NCBI GenBank assembly: GCA_029856155.1
Contig: JAHQWL010000011.1
Coordinates: 1 to 61,474 of the forward strand
Direction of reading: 5' to 3'
DNA: 61,474 nucleotides
Source: Promethearchaeia archaeon
GTDB lineage: Archaea > Asgardarchaeota > Lokiarchaeia > Sigyniarchaeales > SOKP01
Made by a program: the position numbers and the translations under genes. Position 1 is the stretch's first letter; each line of letters begins with the position of its first letter. Below are positions 54,739-61,474 of this stretch, one piece after another. The notes below the pieces were generated by a model that saw only the letters and a program-made list of their open reading frames with translations, searched no databases and was not told the origin of the DNA.

Positions 54739-54800
54739 TTTAGATGAAGCCTTAATAGAAAAGAAAAAAGGAAAATTAAAAAAATCACTTAAAATTCATA
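54739..54800 (+). repeat. Direct repeat, copy 2; overlaps the stop and U-rich terminator of the 54789-55658 gene
   Basis: Core at 54756-54781, 2150 bp from copy 1. Confidence 0.8.
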
Positions 54801-55658
54801 GCCACACTTTTTACATACATGCTTTTTGGCGTACATAGGGATGTGACCAACATATGAGAGAACTTTACCTTTATCTTCCACTGTTTTAATGTCACTACCT
54901 ACAGCCCCGCACATCGGACACGTAATTCGTTCATCACTCGCGAAACCTCCTGCACCTATGTCTGGGGGTTTTAATTCATCGAGTTCAGATTCAACTTCAG
55001 TAAGGTGTGCTGTTGTAGATTCTAGTACTTGTTCTTTTTCTGAGACTTGATCAGTTAAATCTTGAACTTGAGTATCTCTTTGCAAAAGTGTATTATTCAA
55101 TTCACTTAATTGAGAATTTAATTGAGTAATCTCACCTTGAGAGGTTGTAAGTTTAGAATTAAGTTCATCAACTTGAGAATTTAGACTATTTATTTCTTCT
55201 TCTTTAGCTGATATTGTATCATTAGCATCATTTAATTCTGCTTCTAAGCTTGAATATTTTTCTTTAAAAGGCTCTAATTCAGAAATTTTTGCTTCTTTTA
55301 AGGTTAAATTATTTTCAAGATCATTAGTTTTAGTGTTAAATTCTGCCAATTCTGTTTTAAGGTTATTATTTTCAGTATTCAAATCTCTAATTATATCTTG
55401 ATCATCCGTTTTAGTCTTTTCTAGATCAGCTTTAGCTTCTGTCAAGGTATTTTCTGATTGTTCAAGTTTACTTTGAGTTTCATCAAGCTCATTCATAGTA
55501 TCGGCAAGTTTATCTTTTGTTTCAGCGAGTTCTTTTTTGGTATCAGTTAATTGCTTTTCTAAATCATTTACTTTGGCTCTTAGATCAAGTAAGAATTTGC
55601 CTTCAACTGACATTTTCTTATCGGGTTTTTCCTCTGCCCTTGCCCAGTCTATTGACAA
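54789..55658 (-). CDS. Long coiled-coil protein with C-terminal zinc ribbon
   Basis: About 200 aa of heptads; CPMC...CKKCGYEF; TTG start with AGGTGA SD. Confidence 0.85.
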   Translation of the reverse strand: MSIDWARAEEKPDKKMSVEGKFLLDLRAKVNDLEKQLTDTKKELAETKDKLADTMNELDETQSKLEQSENTLTEAKADLEKTKTDDQDIIRDLNTENNNLKTELAEFNTKTNDLENNLTLKEAKISELEPFKEKYSSLEAELNDANDTISAKEEEINSLNSQVDELNSKLTTSQGEITQLNSQLSELNNTLLQRDTQVQDLTDQVSEKEQVLESTTAHLTEVESELDELKPPDIGAGGFASDERITCPMCGAVGSDIKTVEDKGKVLSYVGHIPMYAKKHVCKKCGYEF

Positions 55659-55862
55659 TTTTATTTCACCTTATTCAATTTTTTTGTATTTTGAATTGAT
55701 TTTATGAATTTAATTTTTTAATAATATATAAATCATAGTGTATTAAGTTTTTAATTATTTTTACTTTTAGAATTCAATTTCCAAATTTAAATATTATGAT
55801 TTAATTATTTTCGAAATTATAATATAATATAAAGAAATCAAAATTAAAATTTAATTAGCTCA

Positions 55863-56729
55863 ATGGAAAATAAAGAAGTTTCTCAAGAAACAATTGAATA
55901 TATTTCCACTTCAGGAGTTTATAAAACATCATTTACTTTAATTATCCTCTTACAGTTATTTGCAGGTTGCATAGTTGTCATTTTAATCAATCTTTGGTTC
56001 TACAATGATCTTTATTTTCTATTAACAGGAGAGTCATTTTTATCATTTATTTTGATTGGTGAGTGGTGGGAATGGTTGTTACTTCCATTAAATATTTATG
56101 GGAATCTTCTATTATTTGCGTTCTCCATAATATTATTTTCAACAGTCATTTATAAGATATTAAATAAGCTCTATCCTCCTAAAGAAGGTGTATTTGAAAG
56201 GGGGAGTAAAGAATGGAAATATACCCATCGAAGATTTTGGACTGCTTATTTTCCAATCTGGTTAGCAAGAGCTTTACCTTTACCTTGGTCAGATATTTTT
56301 GTTTATCGATTTCTTGGAGTTCATATAGGGAGAAATGTTGTTGCTTATGAAGGGTATATAGATCCAGAATTTGTAGAGATTGGGGATTATACAATGACTT
56401 CACTTAATATTTGCATTTTTTCCCATTTAATTTATCAGGATAAAATTTTAATCAAGAAGGTAAAAGTGGGAAAAACATGTATTGTTGGACCACAAACTAT
56501 AATTAGTCCTGGGACTATACTCCAAGATGGAGCAATTTTGGGAGTAAATAGCTATACGTGGACAAATCAAGTATTACAAGGAGATTTAATTCATGTGGGA
56601 ACACCAGTAAGTATGACACTCCAAATCCAGTCCGTAGAAGATTCTCAACAGAAAGCAGAAAAAATAAAAGGAGACTCTATAGAGAATTCAAATCGCATTG
56701 ATAAAATTAATAGTGGAGGGAGCAGCTAG
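55863..56729 (+). CDS. Membrane-anchored hexapeptide-repeat (LbH) acyltransferase-like protein 1
   Basis: 2 N-terminal TM, PKEGVF, YRFLGVHIGRNV, VEIGD, VKVGKTCIVG hexapeptide repeats. Confidence 0.82.
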   Translation: MENKEVSQETIEYISTSGVYKTSFTLIILLQLFAGCIVVILINLWFYNDLYFLLTGESFLSFILIGEWWEWLLLPLNIYGNLLLFAFSIILFSTVIYKILNKLYPPKEGVFERGSKEWKYTHRRFWTAYFPIWLARALPLPWSDIFVYRFLGVHIGRNVVAYEGYIDPEFVEIGDYTMTSLNICIFSHLIYQDKILIKKVKVGKTCIVGPQTIISPGTILQDGAILGVNSYTWTNQVLQGDLIHVGTPVSMTLQIQSVEDSQQKAEKIKGDSIENSNRIDKINSGGSS

Positions 56730-56732
56730 AGA

Positions 56733-57470
56733 ATGTTCCAACCAGCAAGTTTAAAAGGGGATTCGCCGACTCCTATAGATGAGAGACTTAGAAATAAATA
56801 TATTATTCTATATTTTATTATCGTCTTTTTTAGTTTTATTCCGAGTATTCTTTTTGAATATGCTTATCTTCTCTTAATCTGGAGAGAAGGAGTATATCTT
56901 TTTTTCTTCTTCCTTTTACCCTTTAATATTATTATTTTAATTTACTTATTGCAATTTAGTGCAATATTAACTTCAGTTTTATTTTTGGCTTTAATAAAAT
57001 TAATTTTTCTTCCAAAAGAGGGAATATTTAAGAGAGATATAAAAGATAAAAATTACTTTTATTGGAATTTAAGAAACATCATTAAAAAATGGCCACTTTT
57101 TATTAGTGCATCAAATCCACTTCCCTGGTTCAAAAATCGTTTCACACTCCGATTTTTTGGAGTAAAGATAGGTAAAAACGGAATGCATGATAATAGCTGG
57201 ATCTCTTCTGAATTTGTATCTATTGGAAAGAATGTTATTATTGGAATGAATAGCACTCTTTTAAGTTTTGGAATCGAGCAGGATAAGTTTATTCTAAAAA
57301 GAATAATTCTAGAAGATGGCGTTTTAATCGGAGCTAAATGTGTATTACTACCAGGAACTCATGTGAAACGCAATGCAAAATTATCTGCTCATTCTTATAC
57401 AAAATTTAATGATATATTGGAAGAAGATTCTATATATATTGGGCATCCCGCAACAATAAAACAAAGCTAA
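56733..57470 (+). CDS. Membrane-anchored hexapeptide-repeat (LbH) acyltransferase-like protein 2
   Basis: N-terminal TMs, PKEGIF, RFFGVKIGKN, VSIGKNVIIG, IGAKCVLLPG, IYIGHPA. Confidence 0.82.
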   Translation: MFQPASLKGDSPTPIDERLRNKYIILYFIIVFFSFIPSILFEYAYLLLIWREGVYLFFFFLLPFNIIILIYLLQFSAILTSVLFLALIKLIFLPKEGIFKRDIKDKNYFYWNLRNIIKKWPLFISASNPLPWFKNRFTLRFFGVKIGKNGMHDNSWISSEFVSIGKNVIIGMNSTLLSFGIEQDKFILKRIILEDGVLIGAKCVLLPGTHVKRNAKLSAHSYTKFNDILEEDSIYIGHPATIKQS

Positions 57471-57476
57471 ACGAAG

Positions 57477-59072
57477 ATGATTTCAGAAAGGAGTATCAAA
57501 ATAATTCCTGAAAAGAAAATTACATCAAAAAAAAGAATTGTTCTAATATCGGATACTCATATTACTCGATCTAGAGGTCCTTTTAACCTTCATGCATATA
57601 ATTTGGGTATTGAACAGGTAAATAAGATAAAAGACGTTGATCTTTATTTACATCTTGGAGATATTACTCATACTGGCACTCTTTTAGACTATCAATATGC
57701 TATAGAACAGTTTAAGAAATTTAAACCGAGATCCAAATGTCCTATTATGGTTCTTATCGGGAACCATGATGCAATGAACGTAGGCTACTTACTTTTTGAA
57801 GAAATGATAGGGAAGAGGCATTATGAATATGAGGATGATGATATCTATATAATTGGAATAGATAGTACTAAACCAGACTTGCCTGGGGGTATTATCCATC
57901 ATAATGTAATAGAGGCGGTGAGGAAGAGATTAGAAAAACGAGAAAGAGAAAATAAATTTAAAGTAGTTTGTTTTCACCATCAACTCATTCCTATTCCAAA
58001 TACAGGGAAAGAAAGATCTGCTATTGATGATTCAGGAGATATGCTTAAAATGCTTTTAGAGACAAAAGCAGATTTAATTTTAAATGGTCATAGGCATACT
58101 TCAAATTTATATACTGTAAGCAGTAGTGAAAAAGATCTATACATTTTTAATGCGGGGACATTCTGTTGTAATAAAACTAGATATAGAGAGTTATTCACTT
58201 ATTCAATTATAGATATTGAAGAAAATAATATTATTTTTAAAATCATTCCTGTTTTAGATTCGAATTCCCAACATGAAATACAACGTCAAGTCAATTACTA
58301 TCTTCCATTAGACATTAAACCTAATCAAAAATCAATATGCAAATTTATACAATTCTCAGATTCGTTAATTAATGAAAAATCAGCAAAAATGAATAGCAAT
58401 TTTGACAGAGCAATAGATAAAATTAATTCTATAGAAGATGTGGATTTAGTTGTACATACTGGAAATGTAACACAAAATAGTTATAAGGAAGAATTCAAAA
58501 TAGCAAAAGACAAAATATGTAAATTAAAACATCCATATTTAGTTGTACCAGGCTATACTGATTCTAAACCACCCGCTTGGGAATATTGGAAACATTTTTT
58601 TGGTGAATTTAATCCCTTATATGAGAATGAGAAGTTATATTTTCAAGGATTAAATTCTACAACACGAGATTCTACGGATGGATATATTGGAAGAAAGAGG
58701 ATGGGTAGGTTTATAGAAAAAGTTCTATCATTAAGTCATCAAAAAATATTTGGGGTTTGTTGTTTTCATAGTTTAATACCTACACCTTTAAGTGTGTGGA
58801 GAACCGAATTAACTGACTCAGGAGATGTCCTTTCTCAGTTTGCTCGTTCACAAATTGACTTATGTTTAAATAGTTCACCAAGTATCTCCTTCAATGTGAA
58901 AATTGATTATACTGTTTTTTCTAATGGTGGAAATCTTAACCCTGAAAGATTTGATGAAACATTTATTGAAATTGATATTTACAAAAAAGGTAATGTGGTA
59001 GTTAAAGAACATAATTTGAAAACGGGTCAAATAAAAATAGTAGGTAATTATAATATAACGATCTTTATTTGA
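57477..59072 (+). CDS. Calcineurin-like metallophosphoesterase, two tandem domains (second degenerate)
   Basis: Domain 1: SDTH, GDIT, GNHD, HH, GHRH; domain 2 counterparts SDSL, GNVT, GYTD, NSSP. Confidence 0.88.
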   Translation: MISERSIKIIPEKKITSKKRIVLISDTHITRSRGPFNLHAYNLGIEQVNKIKDVDLYLHLGDITHTGTLLDYQYAIEQFKKFKPRSKCPIMVLIGNHDAMNVGYLLFEEMIGKRHYEYEDDDIYIIGIDSTKPDLPGGIIHHNVIEAVRKRLEKRERENKFKVVCFHHQLIPIPNTGKERSAIDDSGDMLKMLLETKADLILNGHRHTSNLYTVSSSEKDLYIFNAGTFCCNKTRYRELFTYSIIDIEENNIIFKIIPVLDSNSQHEIQRQVNYYLPLDIKPNQKSICKFIQFSDSLINEKSAKMNSNFDRAIDKINSIEDVDLVVHTGNVTQNSYKEEFKIAKDKICKLKHPYLVVPGYTDSKPPAWEYWKHFFGEFNPLYENEKLYFQGLNSTTRDSTDGYIGRKRMGRFIEKVLSLSHQKIFGVCCFHSLIPTPLSVWRTELTDSGDVLSQFARSQIDLCLNSSPSISFNVKIDYTVFSNGGNLNPERFDETFIEIDIYKKGNVVVKEHNLKTGQIKIVGNYNITIFI

Positions 59073-59230
59073 ATACAATGGAAAATGATTGTAGAGATGC
59101 CCTCTCAATAAATTGAGTGATCTATTTTTGATAAAAAATAAACTTAAAAGGAATATTTTTTTATTAAAATAAAGAAAATGCTTAAAATGAATATTATATA
59201 AAAGATTTCTAGCATTTTAAGTGTGTTTTT

Positions 59231-59512
59231 ATGGCTAAAGTGAAATTGAATTTATTAAATATTTTCCAGCTTAGAATTAATAAGAAATTTATTGAGTATG
59301 AAGGGAAAATTGTTGGAGATATAATTTCTCAATTTTTAGACGAACATAAAAATAAACTCGATGATGGATTATTAAATAAAAATAAAAAACAGTTTAATAC
59401 TCAAGTTCTAATTTTATTGAATGGCAGAAACATAAAATATCTAAAAAACTATAAAACAAGCCTTAATGACGGAGATGAACTCTATATATCTTATGCTCTA
59501 GCAGGGGGTTAA
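59231..59512 (+). CDS. MoaD/ThiS/SAMP-family ubiquitin-like protein
   Basis: ILLNGRNI...LNDGDEL...ALAGG with C-terminal di-Gly. Confidence 0.92.
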   Translation: MAKVKLNLLNIFQLRINKKFIEYEGKIVGDIISQFLDEHKNKLDDGLLNKNKKQFNTQVLILLNGRNIKYLKNYKTSLNDGDELYISYALAGG

Positions 59513-59649
59513 GATTATTACGTTTTTAAACGTTAAGCTTAAATATTAAAAGCATCATTATATTTTTACGAAAAGCGATTATTTATTAATAGTTCTTAAT
59601 ATTGAATAATTTAGACGACGCTTCATTAAAAACTATTTAAAATCTAGAT

Positions 59650-60597
59650 TTGGTGATTTTTATAAGTAAAAAAATTGGCGTGATGGGTCTTGATAATGCG
59701 GGGAAAACCAGTATCATAACGGCAATTACAAAACGCTTCGGCTTTGAGGAAGAAATTGCAAGATTAACACCAACAAGAAGAATTGCGCGTGATTCATTCC
59801 GATTCCTCGGAATTGAATTTAACAGAATGGATTTTGGAGGACAAAGGCAATATAGGGAAGAATATTTAAAACATCCTGAAAAATATCTAATGGGAACAGA
59901 CTTATTATTCTATGTTATAGATGCTCAAGATTTTAATCGATATATTGAATCAATAGATTATTTAGAGGAAGTTCTACTTTTCTTCAAAGAAGAACAAGAA
60001 TACGTACCAATTTGCATTCTTTTTCATAAATTCGACCCTCAACTAGTTAATGATAAGGATATAAATAAAAGAATTCTTACCTTAAAACAAGCATTAACGC
60101 GATACTCCAATGATTTTGACATCTTTTTTTTTGAAACCACTATTTTTGATATAAAATCGATTATGGATGCTTTTTCAAGCGGTTTATCAATGTTATTCGA
60201 AAAGATGGAGATGGTATCACAATTATTTTCACAAATTAGCAAGAATTATAACACAATATTAATCGCTTTATTTGATGCAAAAGGTATAACTTTAGGAGAA
60301 CATTTTAGACCCCATCTCCAATTGCAAGAAAAATTAACGATATATGAAAAATATATTGTATTGCAGAAGCGTGTCGTTTCTGAGAATAGAACACTACTCG
60401 AGTTTTCAGATAAATTTCATAGCGGAGAAAGGTTTTCTGGTCTAATTGAGGTTCTCAGCTTTGGAAATTTAGAGTTTTACTTGTTATTTATTGTTGAAGA
60501 GGATGAATCCAATTTAGAAAATACTATAACACTTCTAGATAGAATTGAAGCAGCAAAACCTCAAATGGAAAACCTGATTTTACAAATTATCCAATAA
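59650..60597 (+). CDS. Small GTPase with C-terminal roadblock-like domain (Rag/Gtr-like, Arf superfamily)
   Basis: MGLDNAGKTS, PT, DFGGQ, HKFD, TTIFD, then ~130 aa alpha/beta extension (IALFDAKGITLG). Confidence 0.85.
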   Translation: MVIFISKKIGVMGLDNAGKTSIITAITKRFGFEEEIARLTPTRRIARDSFRFLGIEFNRMDFGGQRQYREEYLKHPEKYLMGTDLLFYVIDAQDFNRYIESIDYLEEVLLFFKEEQEYVPICILFHKFDPQLVNDKDINKRILTLKQALTRYSNDFDIFFFETTIFDIKSIMDAFSSGLSMLFEKMEMVSQLFSQISKNYNTILIALFDAKGITLGEHFRPHLQLQEKLTIYEKYIVLQKRVVSENRTLLEFSDKFHSGERFSGLIEVLSFGNLEFYLLFIVEEDESNLENTITLLDRIEAAKPQMENLILQIIQ

Positions 60598-60612
60598 AAG
60601 TGCAATAAGAAA

Positions 60613-60717
60613 CGCAGCTGGAGGGATTCGAACCCCCGAGCGCTTATGCGCACCGGCTTTCTTGATCATCATAAAAAACGCTCGAGGCCGGCGTCTTACC
60701 ATCTAGGCTACAGCTGC
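60613..60717 (-). tRNA. tRNA-Ser(CGA) with 22-nt intron at 37/38 (60659-60680)
   Basis: Acceptor GCAGCTG/CAGCTGC, discriminator G, anticodon stem CCGGC/GCCGG with loop CT-CGA-G, long variable arm (GCGCATAAGCGC), GTTCGAATC T-loop; CCA not encoded. Confidence 0.93.
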
Positions 60718-60813
60718 TTTATCTATTATATCAATAAATAACAAAAAAGTTTTTCTATATAGCTTATAACTTTTTATAAATAAAATTATTTCCCCCTTTA
60801 AAATTAGGGAAAC

Positions 60814-61116
60814 TTATTTCGATGAAGGTACATAAATTTTTAATTTTAAGGAAGGGTCTAGTAATCTTATTAATCCTTCTTCTTCATATTGTTTTAACAA
60901 TAACTTTATCGTTGATACTCTTATATCATATCTTAATGCAATATCCGTTGCTAAAATCGATTTTCTTTTCAGGATTGATTCTTTTATTTCTTTCTCAAGG
61001 TTTTTTGGGATAAATGCATCTCTCTCAACAATATTTATTTGTTTTGTCCTTCCATATTTTCTTCTAAGATTCAGGGTAGCTTTTCTTATTATTTGTTTTT
61101 CTTCCTTTTCCGACAC
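60814..61116 (-). CDS. rps25e: Ribosomal protein eS25
   Basis: Basic N-terminus plus winged helix (ILATDIALRYDIRVSTIKLLLKQYEEEGLIR...KIYVP). Confidence 0.78.
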   Translation of the reverse strand: MSEKEEKQIIRKATLNLRRKYGRTKQINIVERDAFIPKNLEKEIKESILKRKSILATDIALRYDIRVSTIKLLLKQYEEEGLIRLLDPSLKLKIYVPSSK

Positions 61117-61271
61117 CGAAAATCACAATATACTAATTATAATATAGTAAATATTATCTAATTGAAATTATAAATATTTAAAATTTAATAAAATTTTTGA
61201 TTTATTACTGAAAATTTACGTTAATTTTTCAATATTGATTATCTGATTAAAATCTTTAAGTTTAATGAGAT

Positions 61272-61474
61272 TTGAACGAAAAATATTATTTTAATGTTAA
61301 AAGGAAGAGACCAGAAGAAATTTATACTAACGTTTCAGATTACTTTAGAGGTGAAATCTTAAGTCAATATGCAAACTCTAAAAGTATGATGAAAATTCAA
61401 GAAAAAATAACCACTAGAGCTTTAGGATTATTAGATCTTCGGAAAAAAGATGCTTTAATTTTAGATGCGGGTTG
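61272..61474 (+). CDS. Bud23/WBSCR22-like SAM-dependent methyltransferase, N-terminal part (runs off window); not in ORF track
   Basis: Manual translation MNEKYYFNVKRKRPEEIYTNVSDYFRGEILSQYANSKSMMKIQEKITTRALGLLDLRKKDALILDAG... Confidence 0.75.
   Translation, partial: MNEKYYFNVKRKRPEEIYTNVSDYFRGEILSQYANSKSMMKIQEKITTRALGLLDLRKKDALILDAG

Noticed and set aside
60613-60717. tRNA-Sec
   Set aside because: Anticodon is CGA, not TCA, and the acceptor stem is a normal 7 bp; it is tRNA-Ser with an intron

Overview
AT-rich archaeal chromosomal segment, most consistent with an Asgard archaeon (Lokiarchaeia-like). This assignment is inferred from Rab-like and Rag-like small GTPases, a tailed histone, eS25, a Bud23-like methyltransferase, an intron-containing tRNA-Ser and IPGF/IPFG C-terminal sorting signals. 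Most of the window is housekeeping or metabolic: purL, nadE, serS, uS13-uS4-uS11, cofC-like, lacZ, sulfatase and several transporters. The main hidden feature is a selenoprotein operon that the ORF track breaks up. A full-length hdrA (28360-30357) and an un-called mvhD/vhuD (27910-28338) each carry two in-frame UGA codons at conserved Cys positions. They are followed by a three-way-junction RNA structure overlapping the mvhD stop (candidate non-canonical SECIS) and an F420-reactive FrhB/FdhB-type gene. Other points of interest: a surface-protein gene bracketed by ~60-bp direct repeats; an RGG-repeat membrane protein; an operon of two membrane hexapeptide acyltransferases plus a half-inactive tandem phosphoesterase; a DUF6206-like protein with protein-kinase-like motifs; small genes missed by the ORF track; a decayed patch after uS11; and candidate ATT/ATA start codons. 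No CRISPR array, rRNA or intact transposase/integrase was seen. All family assignments come from motif recognition by eye, not database searches.
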